This document shows, piece after piece, positions 39,519 to 49,145 of a stretch of DNA of 64,000 nucleotides. Within the stretch, counting starts at the first letter, position 1; each line of letters starts with the position of its first letter. Source of the DNA: an uncultured delta proteobacterium (GTDB lineage: Bacteria > Desulfobacterota > Binatia > Binatales > Binataceae); the NCBI GenBank assembly GCA_963801665.1, contig CAWDFL010000003.1, positions 280,901-344,900 on the forward strand, given 5' to 3'. Below the pieces are notes generated by a model. It was not told the DNA's origin. It worked only from the letters and a program-made list of their open reading frames with translations, and searched no databases. Made by a program: the position numbers and the translations under genes.

Positions 39519-40334
39519 TCATAGTCCTGCCGTCCGACGCACATGAGCGCAGACGTGTTCGGGTTCGGGAAATATGAACATCTCCCCGATGCCGACCCTC
39601 TCCAACTCGTTCAGCAGCGACATCTTGTGCTCACGCAGAATGGGCACGTAGAGAAGAGAACTGGCCTGCTGCCAATCGAGGTCGAACTTACGCGAACCAT
39701 GCAGCGTGAACGCTCCTTGCTGCATAGCAATGCGCTCGTTGTTCCACGTTGGATTGATTGCAATCGTTCGTCGTCCGCGAGTGTGAATTCGACCATCTAG
39801 TTTGAAGTAGTTCTTGATGATGTTCGAGTCCCGTTCCAAGTCGAACACTCGTGGCGATCTCGCGTCGGTACTTTGGTTAAGCTCAATCGGATTGAGGATC
39901 ACCACCAGTCCGTCAACGTCCGGGTATTTGCAACAAGCGAAAAAAAGCGCAACCGCCGCGTTCTGGGTCCAGTCCAATAGCCGGGTGGGGAGCCCATAGT
40001 GCTGAGCAACCTGCATCCATCCTAATTCGTTATCAGGGGCTGGTGGGCGTGATAGCTTCATTTCCAAGAATCGCTTCATGTCGGCAACGAGTCCGAGTGC
40101 TCGGTCCCTTTCCTCGGGTTCGCCATATCGGAGGGCGGACGGGGCAAGCCGATAGGTCAAATCAGGATGCCCGCGAAACCAGAACAAGTTGTTTGGCTCG
40201 AGAAGAGAGTGAAACACGCCGAAAAAATCGCTCAGCGTTAAAATCAAGTCGTCCTTAAATATTGGACAATCGAGCCCGCAATTTCGATAACGATTTGATA
40301 GCTTGCGGCGATCCTGACCGGTTGTGGACGGCAT
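39519..40334 (-). CDS. FRG domain protein
   Basis: 271 aa at ~48% GC; LFWFRGHPDLTYRLAPSALR and GLPTRLLDWTQNAAVALFFA match the conserved FRG-domain core. Confidence 0.7.
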   Translation of the reverse strand: MPSTTGQDRRKLSNRYRNCGLDCPIFKDDLILTLSDFFGVFHSLLEPNNLFWFRGHPDLTYRLAPSALRYGEPEERDRALGLVADMKRFLEMKLSRPPAPDNELGWMQVAQHYGLPTRLLDWTQNAAVALFFACCKYPDVDGLVVILNPIELNQSTDARSPRVFDLERDSNIIKNYFKLDGRIHTRGRRTIAINPTWNNERIAMQQGAFTLHGSRKFDLDWQQASSLLYVPILREHKMSLLNELERVGIGEMFIFPEPEHVCAHVRRTAGL

Positions 40335-40608
40335 ATGAGATCATCCCTATGGTTTGAGTTGGTTTTCTTCACCTGAGTGTTGGCGATTCCGTCGGAATGC
40401 GTCATCTGGGAATGCGTTCTTGAAAACAACCTTTGTAAACTCTTAGTGAGTGGCCGCGAGTTTATGAGGGACAGAGCGACGCGGCAAGCAAAATAGATCG
40501 CTAAGGCTAGTGCTGGGCCGGTCGCGGATCTGCTTACGGCGCCGATCAGTGAAAAATGACGCTACCGTCGGCGCACACTTCGTATTAGCGGCACTCGAGC
40601 GGTGCCAT

Positions 40609-41934
40609 TCATGGTGCGAAACGCTCGCGCGTCCAGTTGGCCAGCACTTTCATCAGGCGCGGACGCGGATCGCCGAGATGCGCTTTCGTGCCGCCGGCGC
40701 GCATGAAGTGATCGGCGCCCTCGATGAATGCGATCGTCTTGTCGCCGGCGCCCGACGCCTCGAACTCCGCACGCACGTCGGAGAGAAAAATATCCTGGTC
40801 CGCATTCGCGCCGACGATCAGCGTCGGCGCCGTGACTTTGGGCAGGTTCACCGCGGTCTTCGCGTACGACGACAGCCCCGACCAGGTCGATAGCCACGCA
40901 TCGGGCGTGACAATCCGTCCAAGCCCGAACGCCGAGTAGTTCGCGAGGTCCGGACGCGGGGAAATGATCGATCCGACGGCGCGCTCGGACGGATCGATCG
41001 ACAGATCGCAGTAATTCGGATTCGCCTGCGTGCGATAGACGATCATGTAGGTCGGCGCCATCGCGCGGCGCGCGGCGAAATTTCTGCGCGCGGGCGGTAT
41101 CGCGGCAAAATCCTTGTCGCGCATGATCGCGCGCGAAGAACTCGCCTCATCTATATGCCGCCGCGCGATCGCGTCGATCCGCGCGCATCGCGAGCGTTGC
41201 GCCGCGCGATACCGCTCGACGAACTCCTTCGAATAGGTGCTCGCGGCGGGCGGCGTGCGAAATCCGTTAGCCTCGTCATACATGTCGAGCGCCGCGTCGG
41301 ACGCGATCGGATCCGATTCGTCAACCACCGCCGCGTCGAGGCAGCTCATCAGGACCATTCCCTGGCCCGGATGCGCCGCCAGCATGATAAATCCGTCGCA
41401 CAACGGCAGCTCGAACTTGTTCAAGTCAGGAGGACCGCCCGCCGGAGGCGCCGACACGCGCTGACCTTTCGGCGTGCGCGCCTGAGCGTCGTAATAGGAG
41501 AACAGCGATCCCCCGCCCGAGTTGCCGAGCATCACGATATGTTCGAAACCTTCTTCCTCGCGCAGAAATTTTACTCCCGCCGCGAGGTCGAGCAGCAGAT
41601 CCTCGTGCAGCATCATCGCGTCGTTGTTCAAGTAGCGCGTGTTGAGCGCGAATGCCGCGAAGCCCGCCTCGACCCAGTACGGAATCGAGTAATGGGTCGA
41701 GAAGTCGGCGCGCGGATGCGACATGATCACGACGGTGCGCGGCTTTCCCTTCGGCGGCATCCACAGCACGCCGCGCGATTTACCAAGGTCCGCGGCGTAG
41801 AGCTGAACGACGCGCTGGCGCACATCTGGATTGATGTCGCCGAAATCGATCGGGTAACGGACGGGATAATCAGCCGGCGCCTTAGGCATCGCGTTCACCT
41901 CGCTCGCTCGCCTTATAGCAGGAAAGCGGCGCAC
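40609..41934 (-). CDS. alpha/beta hydrolase family protein
   Basis: GNSGGGS nucleophile elbow; the probable start is MPKAPADY (~41889). Confidence 0.7.
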   Translation of the reverse strand: MRRFPAIRRASEVNAMPKAPADYPVRYPIDFGDINPDVRQRVVQLYAADLGKSRGVLWMPPKGKPRTVVIMSHPRADFSTHYSIPYWVEAGFAAFALNTRYLNNDAMMLHEDLLLDLAAGVKFLREEEGFEHIVMLGNSGGGSLFSYYDAQARTPKGQRVSAPPAGGPPDLNKFELPLCDGFIMLAAHPGQGMVLMSCLDAAVVDESDPIASDAALDMYDEANGFRTPPAASTYSKEFVERYRAAQRSRCARIDAIARRHIDEASSSRAIMRDKDFAAIPPARRNFAARRAMAPTYMIVYRTQANPNYCDLSIDPSERAVGSIISPRPDLANYSAFGLGRIVTPDAWLSTWSGLSSYAKTAVNLPKVTAPTLIVGANADQDIFLSDVRAEFEASGAGDKTIAFIEGADHFMRAGGTKAHLGDPRPRLMKVLANWTRERFAP

Positions 41935-41966
41935 TTTCGTCCCTCGCGGCGATATGTCAGCCTCGA

Positions 41967-43034
41967 TTGTTTCGAGGACTGATCATTTTGAAAACCGGAA
42001 TTATCGGCGCGCGAGGCGCCGGAAAGTCTGCGGTGTTCCACGCGCTCACCGGGCTCGCGCCGATTCCTGGCGCCGCCGAAGGCAAAAATCGCGGCCGCCC
42101 CGGACAGATCAAAGTCGCCGACCCGCGCCTGGATTTTCTCGAGGCCACCTACGGCTCGAAAAAGAAGGTCCCGGTCGAACTTACGATTCTCGATTTCGCG
42201 CCCAATCCAAAGGAACAGAAAGAGGGCGCCGCGCTCGATGCGAGCCTGCTACCGCTCATCCGCGATCTCGACGCGCTGCTCGTCGTCATCCCGCAGTTCG
42301 CCGCGATGCACAAGGACCTGCTGCCCGCGCTCGAGAGTATCGAGGGCGAGCTGGTCTTTGCCGATTTCGATCAGGCCGAGCGTCGTCTCGAGCGCGTGAA
42401 AAAAGATCGCAGCGCGACCGAGTTCGAGAAGACTGCGCTCGAAAAAGTCCTTAAATGGCTCGAAGAGGGCAAGCCGCTGCGCCTCATGGAGATGACGGCG
42501 CAGGAGCTCGCCGCGTTTTCGAGCTTCGGCTTTCTTTCGCGCAAGCCGGTGCTAGCGGTCGTCAACTGCGAGATGGAAGCAGCCGCCGCCGATATCACCG
42601 AGGCCGAGCGCACCGCCGTCCATGCGCGCGGAATCGAGGTCTTCAGGCTCGCCGCCTCGTTCGAGTCGGAGCTGTGGGAGCTCGAAGCCGACGGACGCAA
42701 GGAGATGCTCGCCGCGGCCGGCCTCGACGCGCCCGCGCGCGATCGATTGATCACGGCGCTCTACGCGCATCTTGGGTTGATCGCTTTCTACACCGCCGGC
42801 GAGCCGGAGGCGCACGCATGGTCGCTGCATCGCGGCGACACCGCGCTCGACGCGGCCGGCGTGATTCACAGCGACATCGCGCGCGGATTCATCCGTGCCG
42901 AAGTCGTCAGCTACGAGGATTTTGCCGCGCTCAAGTCGGATGCGAAGGTCAAGGAAGCCGGAAAGCTCCGCCTCGAAGGCCGCGACTACATCATGCGCGA
43001 CGGCGATATCATCCATATCCGCTTCAAGGTCTGA
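41967..43034 (+). CDS. ychF: YchF/Obg-family ribosome-binding ATPase-like protein (divergent)
   Basis: N-terminal P-loop (GIIGARGAGKSAVFHALTG), coiled-coil insert, C-terminal TGS domain (GFIRAEVVSYEDF...GRDYIMRDGDIIHIRF). Confidence 0.7.
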   Translation: MFRGLIILKTGIIGARGAGKSAVFHALTGLAPIPGAAEGKNRGRPGQIKVADPRLDFLEATYGSKKKVPVELTILDFAPNPKEQKEGAALDASLLPLIRDLDALLVVIPQFAAMHKDLLPALESIEGELVFADFDQAERRLERVKKDRSATEFEKTALEKVLKWLEEGKPLRLMEMTAQELAAFSSFGFLSRKPVLAVVNCEMEAAAADITEAERTAVHARGIEVFRLAASFESELWELEADGRKEMLAAAGLDAPARDRLITALYAHLGLIAFYTAGEPEAHAWSLHRGDTALDAAGVIHSDIARGFIRAEVVSYEDFAALKSDAKVKEAGKLRLEGRDYIMRDGDIIHIRFKV

Positions 43035-43094
43035 GCGCCCTCGCGCGCGAGCATTGAATTTACTCGCGCGGGTCTGATTTAAGACTGGTACAGA

Positions 43095-45257
43095 ATGCCA
43101 GTCAGGGCGCCGCCTATCGGCGCCCGCCGGCGAGAGCTTTCCGGAGCGCAAATGAACGAGCAAGTCACCCGCCAGATTCTCTGGAACATCCCGATCCCAT
43201 TCATCGTCCTGATGTACTCGCTGCTCGTGGTGCTGATCGCCGCGTACGTATGGGCGGGGCTCGGATGGTACCGCAGGATTCGGCTCGGCGTCGCCGACAA
43301 TCGCCTCGACCAGATTCCGCGCCGCGTGTTTCTTTCGCTGCGCGACGCGCTCGGGCAGGGCTACGTCACCCGCGAGTCCTGGGGATGGATGCATTACTCG
43401 TTCTACGTCGGCTTCGTCGGGCTGCTGATCGGCACGACGATCGTCGCGATCAACAGCGACGTGCGCGACCTGGTCGAGCTCTTCGGGCTCCAGCTCTATT
43501 TCTATTACGGCGATTTCTACCTGTTCTTCAAAGCCGCGATGGACACCTTTTTCCTGATCCTGATCGCGGGAATTTTGGCCGAAGGCGCGCGCCGCCGCTT
43601 GCGCAAGCCGTCGGTGCTGAATCAGCCTCCCGCCGATAAGGTCAACGACAACTTGGAGAATCAGCTCGGCTACTGGTTTCCGATGACGATGCTGGTGCTG
43701 GTCGCGTTGACCGGCCTGATGCTCGAGGGTGCGCGCATCAACGCGACTCATCCGAAGTTCACCGAATGGGCTTACATCGGCCGCACCATCGGCCATATCG
43801 AGGGCGCGCTCGGCGCTGGCGCAACCTATCATCGCTACCTGTGGCTGACGCATCTGATTCTCGTTTATGTGCTCCTCGCCTGTTTCGCGTTCACCAAGCT
43901 GCGCCACCTAGTGTTCGGGCCGGTGAACCTGTTTTTCCGCAATCTCGGGCCGCGCGGCCGCCTCGCTCCGATCAAGGATTTCGAGACCGCCGAGACCTTC
44001 GGCGTCTCGCAGGTCGAGCAATACACCTGGAAGCAGTTGCTCGATATGTCGTCGTGCCTCGAATGCGGGCGATGCACTATCAACTGCCCGACGGTCAACA
44101 CCGGCAAGACGCTGAATCCGAAATTTCTCGTGATCGAACAGCGCGAGCATCTGCTGCAGAAGGCTCCGTTCCTGCTCGCCGCCGAAGCCGCGAAAAACAG
44201 CGGCGACGGCGCGGAGCCTCCGGTCTGGGACGGTCCCGACATGATCACGCAAGTCGCGACCGAAGCCGCGGTCTGGGGATGCACGACCTGCGGATGGTGC
44301 GAGGAGGGATGCCCGGTCGGTATCGAGCATATCCAGCGCATCGTTGACATGCGCCGCTACGAAGTCCTGATGGAAAGCAAATTTCCGCAGGAAGCGACGA
44401 GCGCGTTCAAGGGAATCGAGAACCAGGGCAATCCATGGGGACTCGCGGCCGAGAAGCGCGCCGAATGGGCCGCGGGCCTGGGCATCCCGGAGATGGCGGA
44501 GGTCGAGGATCCCGCCGATCTCGACGTGCTCTACTGGGTCGGATGCGCCGGTTCGTTCGATGAGCGCAACCAGAAAGTGTCGCGCGCGTTCTCGGCGCTG
44601 ATGCGGCAGGCGGGAGTCAAATTCGGAATCCTGGGAAAAGAGGAAACCTGCACCGGAGATCCCGCGCGCAGATTGGGCAATGAGTATTTGTACGCTACCG
44701 TCGCGGCGCAGAATGTCGAGACGCTAAATCGCTACAAGCCGCGGCGAATAGTCACTCAGTGCCCGCACTGCTTTCACAACCTGAAGAATGAGTATCCAGA
44801 CTTTGGCGGCAATTATACAGTTCTGCACGAAGCCGAATTTCTGGCCGAGCTGGTTCGTGCGGGACGCCTCAAACCCAAGGAGATTTTGAAAGCACGCGTC
44901 ACCTATCACGATCCCTGTTACATGGCGCGGCACAACCGCGAATGGGACGGCGCGCGCGAGATTCTCCGCGCGGTTCCCGGTACGGAAGTAACCGACGTCG
45001 ATCAATCGAAGAACCGGACATTCTGCTGCGGCGCGGGCGGCGGATGCATGTGGAAAGAAGAGCATGAGGGAACCCGCATCAATCAGAAGCGCCTCGATCA
45101 GCTAAGCGAAGCCAAGCCCGAGTGCGTCGCCGTAGGATGCCCTTTCTGCATGACGATGATCGAGGACGCGGTAAAATCGCGCTCGCTGGAAGACACGATG
45201 CGCGTGCGCGATCTGTCCGAAATCATGGCCGAAGCCACCGGCGCGCTGGAGAAGTAA
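43095..45257 (+). CDS. membrane-anchored Fe-S oxidoreductase (HdrD/GlpC/DsrK-like: TM domain + 2x[4Fe-4S] + two CCG domains)
   Basis: ~5 TM helices N-terminal; CLECGRCTINCP and CTTCGWCEEGCP ferredoxin motifs; C-terminal Cys-rich CCG motifs (YHDPCYMARH, FCCGAGGG). The start is probably MNEQV (~43152). Confidence 0.8.
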   Translation: MPVRAPPIGARRRELSGAQMNEQVTRQILWNIPIPFIVLMYSLLVVLIAAYVWAGLGWYRRIRLGVADNRLDQIPRRVFLSLRDALGQGYVTRESWGWMHYSFYVGFVGLLIGTTIVAINSDVRDLVELFGLQLYFYYGDFYLFFKAAMDTFFLILIAGILAEGARRRLRKPSVLNQPPADKVNDNLENQLGYWFPMTMLVLVALTGLMLEGARINATHPKFTEWAYIGRTIGHIEGALGAGATYHRYLWLTHLILVYVLLACFAFTKLRHLVFGPVNLFFRNLGPRGRLAPIKDFETAETFGVSQVEQYTWKQLLDMSSCLECGRCTINCPTVNTGKTLNPKFLVIEQREHLLQKAPFLLAAEAAKNSGDGAEPPVWDGPDMITQVATEAAVWGCTTCGWCEEGCPVGIEHIQRIVDMRRYEVLMESKFPQEATSAFKGIENQGNPWGLAAEKRAEWAAGLGIPEMAEVEDPADLDVLYWVGCAGSFDERNQKVSRAFSALMRQAGVKFGILGKEETCTGDPARRLGNEYLYATVAAQNVETLNRYKPRRIVTQCPHCFHNLKNEYPDFGGNYTVLHEAEFLAELVRAGRLKPKEILKARVTYHDPCYMARHNREWDGAREILRAVPGTEVTDVDQSKNRTFCCGAGGGCMWKEEHEGTRINQKRLDQLSEAKPECVAVGCPFCMTMIEDAVKSRSLEDTMRVRDLSEIMAEATGALEK

Positions 45258-45297
45258 ACCCGATGCGTCAGCGCCGCTCCCAAGCTAGGATGAAACC

Positions 45298-45486
45298 ATG
45301 AAGCTCGCGGCGGTTTTCTGCAAGGTTCCCGAAGGATACATCGGCTTCGTCGAGGAGCTGCCCGGCGCCAACACCCAGGGCCGCACCCTAAGCGAAGCGC
45401 GCCGCAATCTTCGCGAAGCCGTTGAGCTCGTCATGCAAACCAATCGAGAGTTGGCGGAAGAGTCCGTTAGGGGCAGCACAGTATGA
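45298..45486 (+). CDS. HicB-like antitoxin (UPF0150) family small protein, apparently orphan
   Basis: 62 aa: MKLAAVFCKVPEGYIGFVEELPGANTQGRTLSEARRNLREAVELVM; no hicA-like ORF on either side. Confidence 0.5.
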   Translation: MKLAAVFCKVPEGYIGFVEELPGANTQGRTLSEARRNLREAVELVMQTNRELAEESVRGSTV

Positions 45487-45655
45487 TCTGATTCCTCGCC
45501 CTGAAAGGGAGAGGTTAGGTGAGGGACCTTATTCAGCGCGGCGCGCTCGCGACGCGCGATTAAAAGAACAGAGCAGCACCCTATCAAGAAAGTCGATATA
45601 CCTTTCCCGCGTTAAGGAAAAGGGAACCTGGTTCCCGAGCACGCCAAAAGAAACC

Positions 45656-45824
45656 GACCTAACCCCCGACCCCTTCCCGCACGGGAAGGGGGGTCAGAAA
45701 CCGAACCTCGAGGGCAAGACTGGCAGGCGGAGGGTCGCTAATGGTGGCGGGAATTGGCCAGACCACTGGAACGCTTGCGATCAGTGTGCCCCTTCCCGTG
45801 CGGGAAGGGGACAGGGGTTAGGTC
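45656..45824. repeat. ~170-bp element bounded by ~37-bp terminal inverted repeats, each arm itself a hairpin (MITE-like)
   Basis: Arm 1 gacctaacccccgaccccttcccgcacgggaagggggg (45656-45693); arm 2 gccccttcccgtgcgggaaggggacaggggttaggtc (45788-45824). Confidence 0.45.
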
Positions 45825-46006
45825 GATTGCCTGAGCAGCACCCTCGCCCGAGAACCTCCGATTTTCATCCATCAAGGTGCGCCCAGCCCATCCCAACTCA
45901 CCCGCGCGTCACGAGGCTTGCGAAAGAAACGCAAGCCTCGCGCCACGTCGCCCGCGTGCCAGTGGCACCTCCCGGAGGGAGAGGGTATCTCAGATCGAGT
46001 TAGCCG

Positions 46007-46967
46007 CTATTTGAGATCGCGCAGGAACTCGAGGATCGCGCGATTCACTTCGGACGGCTTTTCCTGCTGCGTCCAATGCCCCGACCCTTTTATCAGCACG
46101 GTCTTGCGCAGGTTCGGCACCCACGTGTTCATTCCTTCGGCCATCTCGGGACGCAGCACCACGTCGAGCTCCGCCGTGATCATCAGCGCGGGCGCATCGA
46201 CGCGCTGCTCGAACGCGGCGCTCTCTTCCCAGTTGCGATCGAGGTTGCGGTACCAGTTGAGCCCGCCGCGGAATCCGGTCTTCTTGAACCCGGCGACGAA
46301 CACCTGGAAATCCTCATCGGTCAGGAACGATCCGTGCGGACCGTCGGCGAGCCGGTCGAGGATTCCGCCGCCCGCCGGTCCGAACACGCCGGGCACGGTC
46401 GCGCGCAGCGCGGCCGGATCGATCTTGGGCGGATCCTGGTAGAAGCCGCGCAGCGTGCGCGCGACGTCGCGCTCGAGCTCCGCCTCCGCGACTCCGGGAG
46501 TCTGGAAATACAGGATGTAGTGAAAATTGCCGGCCGCCATCGCGGTCATCATCTCGGTCGGTTTCATCGGGCCGCGCGGCAGAAACGGAGTGTTGATCCC
46601 GATCACGCGCTCGATGCGCGTGGGATGCATCATCGCGGCGTTCCACGCGGTCATCCCGCCCCAGTCGTGGCCGACGATCACGCACTTTGGGATCCTGAGC
46701 GCGTCGAGCATGCCGATTATGTCGCCGACGATCTGCTTCTGCGTGTATGCCTCGATCGCCGCCGGACAATCGGTGTCACCGTAGCCGCGCTGGTCGGGCG
46801 CGATCGCGCGGAAGCCCGCGTCCGCCAGGGCTTTCAGTTGATGCCGCCATGAGTACCACAGCTCCGGAAAGCCGTGGCACATGACGACCGGAAATCCGGC
46901 GCCCGCCTCGGCGACGTGCATGCGAATGCCGTTGGTGTTTACGAAGTGATGCTTGATCTCGGTCATC
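46007..46967 (-). CDS. epoxide hydrolase-like alpha/beta hydrolase
   Basis: MTEIKHHFVNTNGIRMHVAEAGAGFPVVMCHGFPELWYSWRHQ...GHDWGG; the upstream 100-codon extension in the ORF track reads through a MITE and is not coding. Confidence 0.8.
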
Positions 46968-47112
46968 GTATGATCCTCCGCGCGGTCCAGGTTGATTGCG
47001 GCCGCGAGCGGCGCGCATTTGCGACGTGCGGACATCATGCGGAAATCACGCGCGGCATGGAAGCCGCCGCGAAGAGCGCATGAGCGCGATCGATCTGACT
47101 TGCTGGCGCTGT

Positions 47113-47478
47113 TTCCGCGACTGTCATTCCCGCGCGTGGCTGCCGCGCGAGAGCCTGTCCTGAGCAAGGCCGAAGGGAGTCCCGAACGAAAGGCCATAGC
47201 ATGAGATGCGGACTGGGAGCATGCCCGCCTCGGGATTCCTCGCCTTGGGCTCGGAATGACGATCGGGGGCTCGGCTGAGACTACGATACTCATTCACCAA
47301 ACCCACATCCGTCATTTCGACCCCTTCGGCGTTGCTCAGGGCAGGCTCCGAGAGAAATCCCGGGGCGTTCATGCACGCATCCGCGAGTTGGCTGAAGGCC
47401 GAGGGCCGAGCACGGAATTTCCTTCGGCGTTGCTCAGGACAGGCTCTCGCGCGCGGCAGCCACGCGCGCGGGAATGAC
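47113..47478. repeat. MITE-like element, family 'gtcattcccgcgcgtggctgccgcgcg' (copy 1, full length)
   Basis: ~45-bp terminal inverted repeats (gtcattcccgcgcgtggctgccgcgcgagagcctgtcctgagcaa ... ttgctcaggacaggctctcgcgcgcggcagccacgcgcgcgggaatgac) plus an internal core shared with copy 2. Confidence 0.65.
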
Positions 47479-47588
47479 AGTCAACTTTGGATCGATTTCA
47501 AACCGCAGGTTTGACATCCGAACGCGCGCCGCCCTATGCTCTTCTGTTAATCCACAATATACTTTTTGTAGGCCGGAGGTACTTTCAC

Positions 47589-48239
47589 ATGAGCCGTGAT
47601 TTTGAATTCAAGGCGTTGCTGCGCGCGTATCGCAGCGGAATTATCGGAGAACAGACGTTCGAGGCCGAGGTTGCGGCGCTCGAGAAATCCGGAACCGGGA
47701 TGAACGGTAACGGCTCGGGCGGCTTCCACGCTTTCGGCAAGAGCTACAAGAGCGAGCGCGCCGCGGTGGTGAGCTTCCTCGACAAAGTTCGCGCGGGCGA
47801 GGCCAACGGCGGAGAGGCGTTCGCCGCATGGGCGGAAGTCTGCACCACCGATTGCATCCGCTCCGGAATCCGCATGATCGCCGAGCGCGAGGCCTATCAT
47901 TCGCGCGTCTTCGCGCAGCGCCTGGCGGAGCTTGGCGGTGAGCAGCGCGCGACCGTGACCGAAGAGGGTCGCAAGTTCACCGCATACCTGGGCGACCGCC
48001 GCGTCCCCGATACCGAGAAGCTGCTCAAGTTTGTCGAGCGCGTGGGCAAGCCCGAAGACGCGATCAAGCCGATCTGCGAATTCGCGGCCCTGCTCAAAGA
48101 GGACGTGGGAACCAAAGAAGCGCTGCGGCTGTTCGCGGAAGACGAGCTTTCGACCGCGAAGTGGCTGTACGAATCCTGCGCCGCGCTCAACGCGCCAGCA
48201 TCAGCGGCCAAATCGGACGAGCGCCGCGCCTCGATGTAA
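47589..48239 (+). CDS. hypothetical protein (helical; possible ferritin-like half-motif ExxH)
   Basis: GGAGG RBS then MSRDFEFKALLRAYRSG...; 216 aa. Lies between the two MITE copies. Confidence 0.5.
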   Translation: MSRDFEFKALLRAYRSGIIGEQTFEAEVAALEKSGTGMNGNGSGGFHAFGKSYKSERAAVVSFLDKVRAGEANGGEAFAAWAEVCTTDCIRSGIRMIAEREAYHSRVFAQRLAELGGEQRATVTEEGRKFTAYLGDRRVPDTEKLLKFVERVGKPEDAIKPICEFAALLKEDVGTKEALRLFAEDELSTAKWLYESCAALNAPASAAKSDERRASM

Positions 48240-48338
48240 TCGTTCCTGTCTCGACTGAAATGACGAGCGGGGTCCGCGAGGACCCCGCTCTTTTCTTTCT
48301 CAGCTCGCACGCGGCGGAGCGTGCGCGATCGGGGCGGC

Positions 48339-49145
48339 CTAATGCGCCGCTGACGGTGCCGCTGCGGGAGCGCCCTTGGGCGCGCCCATCATCCCGTGCT
48401 CACCCGGCTTCGGGAGCTCGCGCTTGGTGTATCCGGCCGGAACGGTGAACTGGTCAGCGGAGATTTTCTGCACCGCGATTTTCGTGACCACTGTCTGTGT
48501 TGTGATCGGCTTGCGATTCGCCATCATCTGCTGCAGCTTGGCCTGCTGATCGGCGGACAGTCCCGGGATATTGATCTTGTTCATCTTCATGGTCGCGTCC
48601 GAGGCGAGCGGGATTCCGTGGGGAACGTCGCCGGTCGGCTGCGCACCGGTCGCCTTGAACTTCTCCATGTAGGCTTTCATGAAGGCGTCATATTCCTTGC
48701 TGCCGGGCGCGGTGGTCGAATAGCAATCGACCATCGACACGTCGCCGCCCATCGAGGTAGTGGTCGCCGAATAATCCTTGCACTCGTAGCCGGCGATTTT
48801 GCGCGAGGTTGATTCCTTCTTGAAGTTCATCGCTCCGGCCGCCCGCGCCATCATCTGCGCCATCGGACCGGTCGGCGGAAACGGCAACTGCACGTAGGTC
48901 TTCTGCGTCGGTTCAAGGTAGAACATCTGGCCGCCATCGAGATCGATAATGATCGCGTGGTCGGAGCCCTCGATGCGTTCCTTGTTGCCTTGTACCGAAA
49001 TCGTCTGCACGCGCTGCTGGTTTCCCCCCCCCTGCGGCGATCCCTGGCGCGACTCCGACTGCGTGATCACCACGCCTGCGAGCGCGGGAATTGCTGCGGC
49101 CATTGTCATTGCGACGCCGGCCACGATGGCGATTGCCTTGTTCAT
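48339..49145 (-). CDS. secreted hypothetical protein (DUF4412-like), contains a C9/G9 homopolymer in the CDS
   Basis: MNKAIAIVAGVAMTMAAAIPALAG signal peptide. The 639-aa ORF in the track is an RG-rich read-through; the real gene is the last 268 codons, with an ATGA overlap with the upstream membrane protein gene. Confidence 0.6.
   Translation of the reverse strand: MNKAIAIVAGVAMTMAAAIPALAGVVITQSESRQGSPQGGGNQQRVQTISVQGNKERIEGSDHAIIIDLDGGQMFYLEPTQKTYVQLPFPPTGPMAQMMARAAGAMNFKKESTSRKIAGYECKDYSATTTSMGGDVSMVDCYSTTAPGSKEYDAFMKAYMEKFKATGAQPTGDVPHGIPLASDATMKMNKINIPGLSADQQAKLQQMMANRKPITTQTVVTKIAVQKISADQFTVPAGYTKRELPKPGEHGMMGAPKGAPAAAPSAAH

Noticed and set aside
40588-40604. GGCAC(cgctcga)GTGCC hairpin just after the alpha/beta hydrolase stop as an intrinsic terminator
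   Set aside because: Only a 5-bp stem and no U-tract on the relevant strand.
42552-43907. 451-aa minus-strand ORF
   Set aside because: Antisense across the YchF-like and Fe-S oxidoreductase genes. No motifs and compositionally biased.
46968-47293. N-terminal 100-codon extension of the epoxide hydrolase ORF
   Set aside because: Reads through MITE copy 1 ('SPRRGIPRR', 'SHARGND' repeat-derived peptides). Homologs start at MTEIKHHF.
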